Below are positions 28,200 to 42,000 of a stretch of DNA of 64,000 bases, piece after piece. A program made the position numbers and the translations under genes. Location: positions 1,091,262 to 1,155,261 of the forward strand of contig NMRA01000061.1 of NCBI GenBank assembly GCA_002633005.1. Reading direction: 5' to 3'. The stretch is from Phoronis australis. Lineage: Eukaryota; Animalia; Phoronida. Position 1 is the stretch's first letter, and every line of letters begins with the position of its first letter. The notes beneath the pieces are model-generated. The model saw nothing but the letters and a program-made list of their open reading frames with translations. It did not search any database and was not told where the DNA came from.

Positions 28200-29435
28200 T
28201 AGATCAAACTTCATGAAAATCCATCAAAGAACTTGGCAAATACTAAAGCAGACACAACGACCATTTGCCACCAGGGGGTGCCATCAACACTAGCTGTACT
28301 TTCCTCAACATGAACAAGCATGTCAAATTTCATGAAATCCATTGAAAAACTTGGTAGTTAGAAGATATTTAAGCAAACGCAAAGAAAACCTAAATTGCCA
28401 CAAGGGAGCACCACAGTAGTAACATCCTTCTAAAAAATCAACACCAGCCATGCGGAGGTTCATCCAAGACTTCAAAAAGAGGGCACTCAAAATGGGTTTC
28501 ACAACTTCTCAGTGCATCCATGACCAGTAACGCTTGACTGTGTTTCGATTACCTCAATGCCAACTGCTGTTATAGTGTGTTATGTTACTGTGAAACCATG
28601 GTTCAGCACTAAAGTTTTTTGTATCTTACAAAATTTCTAAACTAACTTTTATAATCTGGACAAAACGATGAGGTCCTACGGCTGCTGCTAGCAAGTTAAA
28701 AAGAAACAAGAATTGTTATTTGCTTACTTTACTTGAGTATCCAAATGCTGAACAGGGCATCTTAACTAGTGGTGTTTGAATTTGAGTCAAGGTGTCCATT
28801 TGGACGCCATGGACACCCTCTAGATGTAGGCCTGCAGCCACGCTGTCCCCAACAGGAACTCACGTGTCAAACTTCATGACTATCGAGAGATATTGAAGCA
28901 TGCGATAACATTTCCATTAATGGCTCCACAACAGGCGGAGCTGTCTGAAAATCACCAACCATGCTCTGCTCAATTATTTCAACAAAGCAAATTTTCATAA
29001 AAATCCTCGAAAGAACTTCACAGAGACTGAGGTAAATGTAAGGAAAACTAAACTGCCAACAGAAGGTGCAACCACGGGTCTGTTCGAAATTTGAGCGGTG
29101 GCCACGATCTCCATATAGCGGACAGAAAATAATAAAGATAGCTACTTGGGGGCACAGAATAGGTCGACTCTGTATGGAACTGGGAAGACACTGCCGTCTC
29201 CTTCAAAGAAATGTATTTGCCAGACTTCATGAAGATCTATCGAGACACTAGGCAGATGGTGATGGCCACGCAAAGAAAACCAAAACTGCCCCAACAGGAT
29301 GCCACACTCATTTAACTCGTCTCAAACAACATCACTCGTGCTCTCCTCAATGTCATATTTCCTAAAGACCCATCAAGAACTTGGTAGATATTGATGCAGA
29401 AGTGAAAATTAGACAATAGGGGGCACTACAGTAGT
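28200..29435. repeat. Degenerate multi-unit interspersed repeat with CCACCAGGGGG-type motif
   Basis: Recurring unit of (C)AAA(C/T)TTCATGAA(A/G)ATCC...AACTTGG...GATAT...TGCCACCAGGGGGTGCCA-like sequence, about 5 diverged copies. Related units occur at ~42400-42875. Confidence 0.6.
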
Positions 29436-29982
29436 GAGAACAACACGAAAATTAATGTTAGTTCACTATTGCTGGAGACTATGCTTGCTGCAAATAATGA
29501 CCTTCTGTGACAAGTCGACTTAGACTTGAGCAATGACCAACTGCTAACTCATTCCAAAATCACCTCTAGTTTGTGTAATAAATAAGCTGACAACACTTTC
29601 CTAACAATAAGTCGTATAAAACAGAAGGGAAGACAAGGTTAACAGTAGCTTTCTCACTCGGTTTGATGAAGTTCATTCTCCACACACATTCATAAATTAT
29701 TCACAAAGACACACAATGTTCACTGGGTGGCCTACTGACTAAGAATACGTCTTCTTCTTGTCTTGCACAGAGACAGGGCTGTTCACAGACTAAGATTTTC
29801 CCATCACTACCTGAATGCAGCTGGGGATGTTGTCTCACCAAATGAATTGTGAGTTCCCCCGGTTCCCTGGCGATTAATTGACAAGTTCTACGTGGAGCTG
29901 AACACAACACTCACACGGATCCAAGTAAATGCGACACCAATCAACAAGACAAACAAAAAACGCAACAAACACGTTTACTCAC

Positions 29983-30093
29983 TTAGCTCCAGAGCGAGCC
30001 CAGTTTGTCGTAGAACGAGGCTGAAGTCTTCATATGTTGACTTTGAGTCCTATTGGCCAGTGAGATGATGGGTTGGGAAGCGGCAGGAGAAAT
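29983..30093 (-). CDS. COG1: COG1 coding exon 22 (last; ISPAASQ...SFYDKLGSLWS*)
   Basis: TTGCAG acceptor, phase 0, TAA at 29985-29983. The C-terminus resembles the ...KLGWLS end of vertebrate COG1. Confidence 0.8.
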   Translation of the reverse strand: MSPAASQPIISLANRTQSQHMKTSASFYDKLGSLWS

Positions 30094-33000
30094 CTGCAAC
30101 ACAAGCAACAACACTGGTCAACATAAGCAACAACACTGGTCAACATTAAGCTGTCATCCACACACTCCAATTATTCTCAGAACGTGACAATCCATACGAA
30201 ATGTCTACGGGGCAAAGCTCGAGCTACAAAGTCTGCCAGTATAGCATTGTCTTGTTCCTGTAAACTTTCTAAGCTATTCTCTAATGAATTTTACGTCATT
30301 CTTTGTTGAACTCTTGACCAGTGACAAGAAATACGTGAAAGAACCGTTACTGAACTCACAATTTCCGTTTCAAAAGCTTTATCACCAGAAATGTCTCGCA
30401 AGAGCTTCGTTTTACGGGACTAGCCCGTCTTAAGTGGGATATCGTCTGCAAATGTGGGCCAAAAATGTAGCTTGCTGCTCGTCTCGCGAAATGTCTATTG
30501 ATATTACAAAAATCAGAATACACCAAAATATTTTGGTGAAAAATAGCTGTGGAGGTTATTAGATTGCAAACTTGAATTTCATGCGATGTTTCACTTTTCA
30601 AGGGAGATTCACAAGCACAAAAATAAGCGAGTTTGAATGAGACATGTCAAACGCCGATTCAGAGGCTGCTTGAGCAAGCATTCTGTAAAAAAAGTCGAAT
30701 TATTTCTTTCTCAAAACTGAAAGTGATTGTGGCATTACGTTATAGCTAGAGAGCAGGCTCTATGAGCTGGCATGACCCAGCACATAATTCTATGCGATTA
30801 GCTTTTTCTGTGTTAATTACCATGACATGCATGGGTCAGCGAAAAGCCAGCATCTTGATTTTGTATTCAGTTTTATTGAGCAAACACGTATGACTGACAG
30901 ACAGTGCTCAATAAGAAGCAAGAGACTATTTTTTGCTCAATGCCTGTTGATGTTGAACCATGATTGAGACCGTTTACTAGGCCATTCACATCATTTTCTA
31001 ATGTTTGAATGGAAAGTAATTACACGCCAGGGGAATACTAATCAGCACGAAAAATCGCCGCTTCATGATATCTAGAGACCTAAATTTCTACTTTAAGAAA
31101 CATAAAAAAAACACCTTCAACACCACTGATAAAACAGATGCCAGATCTCCAAGTAACTGGGATGATGAATCATACAAAAAACCTATAGTGAACCCACCTA
31201 CCTGCGGTTTGATAAGCCCCACCCTCTCTGCGGGGGTTGCTGTTTGCGGGGTAGTGACAGGCAGCAGAGAGAACCGTCCACAGCTTGCTGTCAAAGGCAG
31301 GACATTGTGCTGCTCTTGTTGGCCGGTGGTGCTGGCACGTGCACCGCCATACGCACCATGCTTGTCGGCGCAGGCCAGAGCACCAAACAACACCTGGGGA
31401 AGAGAGGTGACAATAAGGACCCATGTCACATACAGAGGTATGACACTTTTAAGTTATATTTTGGAAAAACTGAATAAAATATGCAAATTCTACCTTTGGA
31501 TGGTTTTTAAAATTGAGAAAACAAATCAAATCAGAGAATTATTTGAAACACTAAATAATTTTAGTTGCAACATCACAGCAAGACAATCATTTACAAAATC
31601 AGGACCACTTTAGTTTATTTACTCACCAGACTGCGTTGCGATTGCCTCAACAGGTGGCGCTCCACGTGAGGACTAAAGACATCAAGGTCAAAAGGGTCAA
31701 CACAGCTCTCTAGGTTCTCGATAAGTGCAGGCACTTTCTGGACAAAGACATCGTTTTCCTGAAATCAAAGGCACAATCAAATAACAGGCGAACATGTACT
31801 GGACAAACACAGCTGTCTCAAAGCAATGTTGATGTTAAAAGTTCATAAATTCTGAATTATAAAATGTGGAATAGAACAATTCATTCAGCCAGGCTAATGG
31901 TGAAAGTACACCTAATTCACAACAGGGGCACTCACATAAAATTTCTAATGCATGGCCTACTGATTACCCAGCCAACAATATGTCACAAATCATGACGCAG
32001 GAAAGAAACATTTAACAGGGAAACCATGCTTCATATGAAAAAAATAGATACATTAAAACAATTGAGATTTTAAGAAATGCACACTGTCTCAAACATCGCA
32101 TTGCTGCTAACGCTTATAGACAACACCTGCCCGAAGAACCTAACTTCTGTACTCAAAACTTGAGACTAAATAAATAACCAAATACAAGGGACCCTTCAAA
32201 GAAACTTACAAATTTGTACTAGAATACTGTGACATAAGTGGTTAAGCTTCAAGTCTGATTTCAAAGATTAGATCTTGGTCCTTTATCTATGCTCTTGGGT
32301 TTCACACATTTAACATATGAGTTACGAAACTGGTTTATAAACGACAACCAATTCACCACCTTGGCTTTCTCATTCTGCTTAACATAATTTATTCAACTGT
32401 AGTTACTAAAACTGGGGGGACCTCACAAAAGCCTTAAATTTCACATTAAAAACACCAAAAACAATCTTACCAGTCTAACTGCTATCAAATTAAATACCCA
32501 CATACACATCTGACGATATGTTAATTAGATAATCTCTAGTTATAACCATTTATTGGTTAGTACATACAATGTAAAATCGGGACAATCAATCTAGTCATCC
32601 CTCATCAGCCTCCATGGTGTTTAGTATGAAAAGTTGTCAGATATTGCTGCTCGTTTTTCCGTGGATTATGGTACAGGGCTTGGAATAACCAATGACAAAA
32701 AACGCGGAAACTTTGAAACTTTTACGGCCCAAATCATGCCCGATAGCCAGCCTTGAAATGGTCAATGTGAACCTTTCCCCGACAAAAATTGGGAGGACTA
32801 AAAACAAGAAAAACCTTACCACCAACAGTAGCATGCGTCTGCGCTCGCCCGTCCACTCCCAACCCACACATTTTTGGCTGCAGAGCGGTAGTATTTGTCG
32901 CCGCGCTTAACAATAACACGAGACGCCATTGAAAATCCCACCACGCTGTCCCAGATGCCCCGGCAATGTTGACAATTTACGTTCCTCCGAAACATAAAGA

Positions 33001-36000
33001 GCAACTTCCGTTTTTCGAGGTGAACGTCGTCTGCAATGCCGCGGTAAGAAAGGAATTTGCCGCGAAAATTTTATATCAAATCCGATTTTTTTACGCGGAA
33101 ATATTATAAAAAAGCGGAAAGCACATTTGAAAAAAGCGGAAATCCGCGTTTTTCGCGGAAAATTCCAAGCCCTGATGGTATGATAAAGAATGGAGAGGCA
33201 TTGTGTTTGTGGTGGTTGTGACAACTCGGTATTTGAGAACACTGTGGCTCTTTTCACTTTCCCGCGAGACATCAGAAAACCACGGATAAAGCACACCTTT
33301 GTACAAGAAACTTGTGTGTTGGTGGACAAGACACACTGATGCAGTGCATGTTCATACATCACACTCATGTCCGTGGAGCTAAGAAACTTTCAATTAAAAT
33401 CGCTTTTCTTCAATTTTCTCGTAAATAAGATTTTGGATTCACGGTTGGTTGTGATACGAAGTGCTATCAAGAAAGGATTAATGGTGCTGGCAATGTAACC
33501 ACTTGTCAAAACAACTGAATGGTGGTTTTAAGCACTTAAATTTGAAAACACTGCTTTCAAAGATGGCCGACATGTCACAAATCTCCCATCAAAACTGACA
33601 ACACTACATACCTCTGTATCTGACTTCCTGCTCAGCAGGCTGTTGAGAAACTTTAGGTCAAACACGTGTTGCAGGGCTCGTGACTGTGTCAGCGTGTACT
33701 TGGTCGACATCCAAGATGACTCCTTGTTGTTCTCCAGTAGTTGTGTGTAGATGTCTACGATTAATAGCGATGACTGCTTGATGAAAAAATTTAAAGACTT
33801 CCTGAAACGAACATGGAGAAAAACTTAAGTGGATTATCTTGGTCTCGTATATCTGACTGGTTTTTCCTAAGCTCTTAAGCTTGTCGTTCTTGAACTCGAG
33901 CTCGGACGTTTTGCCGAAACGTGTCTCAATTGGAACACCTAGCTGACTAATGGCATTCAGTGCTTGCAGTGACTGCTTAGTCAAGGAATTACTTAAATAA
34001 ACTTATATTAAGATGATACACTGAAAGCTGATGATAACATTTCTCAAAAATTTAACGGATATATTGGCCAACATCAGTTAAAACATCCATGCACTCATCC
34101 TTCGTTGTCTACTGGTTTAATGGACACTCGCTTGAATTCCTGCCTGGTATATTCATAAGACCTGCACCAGTTGATCAAATTCTTGCTCTTCGTGGGATCG
34201 ACAAATATACCAGAGATTCAGCGAGCGTTCATAGCAATAAAAACATTTACAAATTAATTGAGAACTGAAACAAATAGAAGGAACAAAGACTAAAATAGCC
34301 ATTTACCGAATGTATTGTGTGGGTATTTAAACAAATGTGCTCATATCCATGTTGTTTTTAAGTGAAAATATCACTGACGCACGCATGCATCTAAGGTTCA
34401 CTGATAAGCGCAGATAGCTATCAACTGTTCGTCAGCCTTTTTACATAGGATATTTTTGTGTATCATTGAACATTCTTACTGCATTTCAATAAAAGATATT
34501 ATTTAATGTTAAATTGAAGACACAAAAACCGCCTTGTAACGAGAAAGCCTAGCTTCATTCACGTGCAAATCACTTGCATCTCGGGTTTACTCAAGCATTT
34601 ACGTATAAGCTAGACAAAGGTGCACCTTGACATATATTGACAAATGGGCCAAAATATCAGAATACACCATCACATATTCTAAGTTCGACAGTACAGGTGC
34701 ATTCTCATTATACAAAGTTGCCAAAATCTCAAACTTACCTCGAGAGGGCGTGACCGCCAACTCTGTTCACTTCTCTGCACATGTCAAACAGCATGGCTGA
34801 CACGTACCAAGATGGTTGACACGGTACACGAATGGTGGACTTGACCTTCTGACCTTTCTCTGTCTCCTCCTCAACTTCAATGTCATCCCATCGCTATGGA
34901 TAAATAGCACTGTCATTTCATAATTGCTGTTACGGAGTCACAAAAGAACAGTACACAGACAATATTACAAAGATGTATCACTTGAACTTCACATAGAAAA
35001 TATAAATTTTGGCTAAAATGATATGGGCACGCACTTTTTTGTATTTATTTTGAAGTAAAGATGAGCACCTTCAAAACAGAAGCAGTTCCAAACCAAAAAT
35101 AAACATAATTTTTTTACCAAGTTATTTCTTTAAACATATGTCAAGAATATTACATTTGCAATAGTGGCAATAAGCTAGCTACCTACACTCAAAACAACAA
35201 GATGGACTACAACATGATCAAATGCTTTAGCAAAATCAATCAACACCAAACCAAGGAAACAACAGAGCATGTGAAATGCTTCAGCGAATCAGTGAACAGC
35301 ACACAACTGCCACAGTAAGTCACCACAACACTCGACACTTTGTAACTATACTCACTGTGGCACTTGTCAACTTGTTGTTAACGCCGTGATCTAGCACCGC
35401 CTGCCTGAAATCCTTAATCAGTTTTTCGCTGATAAAGCGACTCCAGAGGTCGAATGCTTGCTGGGTACATGCTACCAGTGTTGACTTTAATTGATTCCAT
35501 TCAGCGATGCACTTGTCTAGTTCACTGCTACCACTAGTACCCCGACCAGTTCTCTTTGCTCTATAACTAAACCACAAAGAAGTTTCCTCACACAACACCA
35601 TCTTGATGGAGTATGGAAGTACACAAAGCAGCCTGAAAATGTTCCTTCTGCGACTTACTTTCTAGTGGAGCAGTCTCGATTAAATAACCTTCCGCATAAA
35701 AATCTCATCTTATCTCGACAAAGAAATGGGTTTGGTGGTAAAGTTTAATCTCACAATTTCAATTTGACAATCTTCCAAACAGAACTTGTGCCATCTGCAC
35801 TTAACATAATGTCTTTAGCCAACAAATTTCTTTAACACATAAATGAATTTTTCCACTTGACCAGTTCCTATACTACTTATTTCCAAACAGCCATTTTCAG
35901 TACCACTAGAACGGTGCAGACTCTGTATTCCTATTCTCAAAGGCATTTTGCCCCTGGATAGCTCACCTGAGGGCAGCATCAGCAACATCTGCCTTGCCCA

Positions 36001-39000
36001 GTATACACTCAACAAGCTGCGGGCACAGCTCACTCACTCCCAGGCAGACTCGACCCAGTAGTAGAATGCTGTAAGTAAGAGCAACGCCACACTACAAAAC
36101 CTCACCAGCATCAAGGCTCGCAGGTCAATTATCTACCACGGTTCAAAGAGTAACTAAATCAAATTAAATCAAACAATTTTCATTAATGGGTACCAGAGAA
36201 CCGTAACCTAACTCATCCATTTTGGCTATTGTTTGTAAAGAAAATGATCCTAACCTAACTTTTTGCAAGGAGCTCAATTTCAGAAGTGGAACAGTTAGAA
36301 AAACCACCACAATACATCAATTCATTTTAACCAGTGTTTTATTGCCGTGTTGCCATCAGAAATGTGCTTTGCTCCACACAAAAAGACCTTAGATCAGACT
36401 TACTGATAAACAGGCTTCTTGATGACAGCATTCCTTATACAAACCTATCGACAGAGTACCAGATGCCGTGAAATAGGCATAGTTTCTAATGAACTGTTCT
36501 TTGCTCACCAACAAAGTGTACGTTAAGTTCGTGAAAAGAAAACATAACAGCAACTAGCAGCAACTGACTTTGAATCAAATAAAAAGTCGAAAAAACTTCA
36601 GCAGCATAAGGCATTCCTAGTAAATGTTAGTGTAACCCCCTTCTCTGAGTTAGTACAAAATGAGTATTAAAACCAGTTTGACCTTCGCTATTACCTGTCT
36701 ATCACAGAGAGTTGCACAGATTCCTGGCCTTGTAACGAAGCTTCACACTCCGACAGTTTCTCGTTCACATGCTGAACAAACCTGAAGTGTAATAACGTGC
36801 ATGTGAACAGATCAACCTGCCAACACTGGAAGGGACACCACATTTTTAGCGGCGCTGAACTTTAACACAGTAGACAACAAGCGTTACCACATTGACTCAC
36901 TGGGGCCTGAATGTTCAGCAGTTTCAACTTTAAATGCAATGTACAGCACCATCTACTAAACCCTCTGTTTTCATATGGAAAACGTATTAGAATGTTTAAA
37001 TACAAGTTTCAATTCCTAATCTATGAACCGAATGATGATAACAGGTTGCTCAGGCGACTAGATTTGGCATCATGAGCTTGATTAATGCTTGTCTAACCTT
37101 GGCACTTCACTGTGACCTAATTATTGCTGTATGTCACTCTGGTTATCACCAAAGCAACTGCCAGTAATGTCACTAGTAATTATCCAAAAAATGTTTGACG
37201 CACCCACATTCAAGTGAATTTCAGATATCTCCACACATCTCTCTTCAATACATGTCTCAATTCACACCCTTTCGCATGTCAAAATTTACCCATATTCTAT
37301 TGCTGCATTTTTCAGTCTTTAAAAAAACATCAGTGAGATGTTCGACTGATTTACAGACGAAATAACAATCTTGTTGCCTAACACACCCATCAGACCCTCC
37401 ACCCGGGTAACTATGGTGCCATGAGGGGAACATGAGGCTAATATCTGGCTCCAAAATGAGGGTATTGACAGCTCTGAAGGAGGTAGGTAACAAGAGTGTA
37501 TACCATATAGGACATATGTCGTACATTTTTAAAGTAATTTTTGCCCAGTCTTTTTGGATATGCTTCCCCAACAGGTGTAGACAACTATCTCTTCTAGTGT
37601 ACACCAGTCTTAAATTGAGTTGTTTTCTGTGTCATTCTTTGAATTTTTGTACAAACAGTCAGTCAACATTGAATTGAATACACGACAACAGTTGCCATTT
37701 TGTAGCTGGTAAGTCACAATTCACTCATGCAGTATTCCAACTGTTTTGCACATGGGCAAGAGTGTCTGATCAAGAATATTGCAGCAGCCTCATGTATTGA
37801 CACATGGCCCTAAATGGTAAACACAGAATTCAAGCACTACTGTATCACATTTCACTCACTTTTTGATGAAGTCGGCAGATAATATACGTAGGTATGATAG
37901 CACCGACGTAGAGTCACCACCGGCTGAGTCACAGTAGGTGCAGGCATCGTCGAGGATACACTTCACTTTGCTGTTAACCGCAAAACAGACACTGAAAATG
38001 AAAGAAGATGGGGATTACACATAGCATAATTTCCAACATTTTGAGGTTTAAGTTTCAATGAAAAGATGCTGTGATACACCCAAAAACAACAATTTTCAGT
38101 TTCGCGTTGTGCTGAACTAAAAAGCGACATTATGTAAAAACTCATCTCATCACATCAATATTTTAGGCTTTTACTGTCGGCATAGTAGATTTCTCCCGGC
38201 TGTACTGACACAGCCCAGCAAATCTCGATATCTCTTTGTACTTTCCTGACCCATGCCGATGTTGTACGCTTCCGGTTCTCACTGCTGAAGGCGCTGTAAT
38301 GGCATATGGTGAATTCCTTTTCCCGTATTCTAAATCTATTCGAATTCCTCCCAATATTCATCTTCGAAATTTCACTCTAGACATCTTAACATGACTTCCA
38401 AAGCAGATGACATCTCAAAATGCAAAGTCAAGTAAACACATTTTTCATTGGTCAATCTTTAATAAACTAACCGTATTATGACCCCCACCCCCCATCCACA
38501 CCTTACCCCTTCCCCAGCATGCGTTACCCCATATCCACCATGTATTACTCACCTCTGCACTGGAGGGGTGTATGCTTTAGCCTTCATTAGGAGACCCCCG
38601 CCCTCAGTCAAGGACTTTTTCTGTGCTACAGTCCACGCCGCATTGTCTGGCACGTCCCTAGAGCTCTCTGTCCAGATGAAGCTGGTCAAATCCCCACTGG
38701 ACACGTGATCGCTCCCCAGGCAACGGTCAATGTGTTGACGAGTTGCCTGCTGGGTAGCGTCAAACTGAGTGGAAATGATCTCCTGTAAAAAACAAGCATT
38801 AAACTCTCTAGGTTTGATTAATCTTCTGGCCCCTCGAGAAAAATCTAATTTCTCTGACATCTAGGAGCAACTTAATTTGATCAGCCCAGAAGTCAAAGAA
38901 ACATTAACATCATAGTCAGGCTAACACTCATCCTTTTTAAGACTATTATCAAGACAAACTTGCACTTGTTAGCATAAGAATGGAAAGATAAAAATAGAAT

Positions 39001-42000
39001 AGTGAAAATTGAGAAAAACCTTCTAGGTAACATTCTGCAAAGGATTTTGGGACAAAAATAATGTCAATTGTGAATATTGTGAGTAGTGAAGTACTAGGAC
39101 AGACAGCAATCACCATCTCTGAAACACGTAGAACATCCAATGCCTTTACTGTGGGTAAAAAAGTCAGGAAAAGCTTAGCCAATCAGTCGGACTCAATCAC
39201 TGACCTCTGCCCTCTTGAATATTAATGGTTGCACAAACTCCTCCCACACTGTGATTCTTTTGTTGATAACCTGTTCACACACTGTGTTCCATGAGTCTTG
39301 CCTTTCATTCTACAACACAGAGTAGACTGGAAATGACGTCAATGACAACACAAACACTTATGAGAAATATTTCACTTAAGTTTAGAGACAGAAGCAAATT
39401 TGCTATAAAGTAACCTCTGAAATGAGCTATGTCGATATTGATCAACTTAAACAAGTTGACGTTTAATGTTATCAGGTAGGAAATTTGTCCAAACTCATAT
39501 GTTTCAGATTTTATCAAACATGTAAAGCTGACGTAAATGCTGGCTTAAAAAATAACTGTTAAGGTACACTTCAGACACTGGAATGTCTTTGTTAAAGTGA
39601 GCAAATGTGACTTAACTCAGTGTACTAATACTGATGTCTCAGATCTTTATCTGGGCCCAGAGTACTGCATGCAAACACAAACATGAATGCGGGCTCGAAA
39701 CGTGTCTTCTAAAAATCGTTCTCACAGAAGATGAGTATTACGCATTGCAAGTCAAAACTTATTCGAGTAAAGCACTCGTGTGAACCTAGCTTTTCACCAG
39801 AGTTTGAGTACAGCGTATTATAATACTCGAAACTGATGTGAAAGAAACCTGCTCATAAGCATTGCTTTCATGCACAATTATCATTTTTGAACAATAAATG
39901 ATTGACATACTACAACACAAGTCAAAACTGACCAATCAAAATCCTGTTTCCCACGTCATGACGAGCAAAAACCCTTCATTCCTCTTGGCTCAGTCGTCAT
40001 AACTGAATATTAAGGCCATTTTGTTTGGTTATTTTTGGTGTGAACTGCAGACGGGGAGGAACAATGAAGCATCAACAAGACGCATTTATCAATCAACAAG
40101 AAATTACCACACTACAATACATGGTGCAACGCATTACCTGGTTCACTTGCAGAAGTTCTTGCAGTGCGTCTCTGATGGACGCTAGACCTTTGACCGAGCC
40201 GATGTAACAAAGTAATGCACTCAAGCCCATCTTGATATTGGACCGACACCTGCAGGACAACAGACAATTGGGAGGAGGTTACTATGGAGATGGCTACTAC
40301 ATAAAACAATTTGTTGAAAAGTAAGAGCTTTTAGCATACCAGAGTTTTCGGCAAAAAGCACATCTTAAAATTTGCCCACAAGACGTATATCAAGAAAATT
40401 TTCCTCAGATACAATCAAGGCATAGGGGAAAAATATGCATGGCCGACTCCTAAAATTTTTTCCCAGTTTCATAACCAATTACATGAACACTCAAGCCCAA
40501 CTTCCGTACTTATACATTTTTGTTCCCACATTTACAGAAGTATTGATCAAAATACCGATTCTTAAAATACAATATCAATAATAAAATATCAATACCCTAT
40601 TGCATCAATAATTCTCAACATTTTGCAGCTCTAAGCTTACGTACAAGTCATGCATTTTTCTTCCCAAAAGTATTCCATCTCTTTGTGCGAGATCCTTTGC
40701 AAAGGCATCAGCGACCAATCAATAGCTCCGCCGTTACCTCATACGATACATGCACACACCCCAATGCTGACATTTGACATTTACGACACTATTATTTTTT
40801 TCCACTGACACCGCTCGATAGCATTAGCACATTTAATTTGCCCCAAACCAGCATAATATCTGCGCGGGTGTGTTGCGTGTATCTCAATGAGCTGGGATCA
40901 ATACAACACTAACCACAGTGAGAATGTGGTGATGTGCATGTTTTGAACTAAAATCTAACGATGCAAACAAAATACAATGAAACTGACAGCGTTTCTATGT
41001 TGGCTAAGTCAGTTATACACATACGAGTTGACCCATTCCTGGCATGCCTCCGTGAGTTTCTCGCGAGTGATATTCGAGGCAGGGGACCTCAAACTGGGGA
41101 TGTAGTCCAGTACAGTCGAGGGGAGATGTTGTGTGTTGGAAGAACCATGGAGGAGCACACGACTTACTGTAACAGTAAGACAAAGATTAATAGCACATGT
41201 CTAGGTACATACAGAGATAGAACATACCCACAAGGTAATGTTCAACCTAAGTTTGATTCTGTCCAGCAGATGGCAGGTTAATACCAAGTGATTTCGAGAT
41301 GTCAATCAAGGGGGAACAAAAAATTACAATGCCAACAAGCCACATTAAGTACCTACATTGTTACACATGACGAAGGATAAAATTCCCTGTTTCACAGCTT
41401 CATTAGTAGTATTGTTAATTAAGAGAATGAGATATAGGAAGAAAGCGACAAAAATGATGACAAATTGATATGAAATCAACAAATGAAGTTGCAGCATGAC
41501 ATGTTTTTCATAAATTCAAAAGCAATACGTCATCATTTCATGCCAGTTGTCATCAATTTTTATTCATTAGATAATGCGATCACCACTAGTTTATGAAACA
41601 ATAAAATTTGTACGTAACCACAGCAGAGATCTTGCAGAATTGAATGCTTTGAAACCAACAAGACATCTGCACATAATACAGCAACTATTGGTATCAGCAG
41701 TGACACTTGATCTAAAAATGACACATTCACAAATGTCATCAGTTCACAATACAAACCGGTAGGAGATGAGGTGACATGTGTTAATGTGTCCATCAACAGG
41801 TGTGTGTCTGCATGAAACAAGGCGTGTATTTGGAGGATGGTGGTCTGCAGTAGATCAACAACGCGGCAAACTTGTGACTTGATACTGTCATGGCTCCCTT
41901 GGAAGATCGCTTGTATGGTATTCTGTGACACATGAACACGATAGAACACTAACAAGCCCCGCATGTGGAAACTCACAAGATCAGAGTACCTGATATTTAT

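Noticed and set aside
31065-31613. 182-aa plus-strand ORF, the longest in the track
   Set aside because: It is the antisense shadow of COG1 exon 21 and has no recognisable domain.
32907-33368. 153-aa ORF as a transposase of the MITE
   Set aside because: It crosses the element boundary and has no DDE or hAT motifs; the element is too short to be autonomous.
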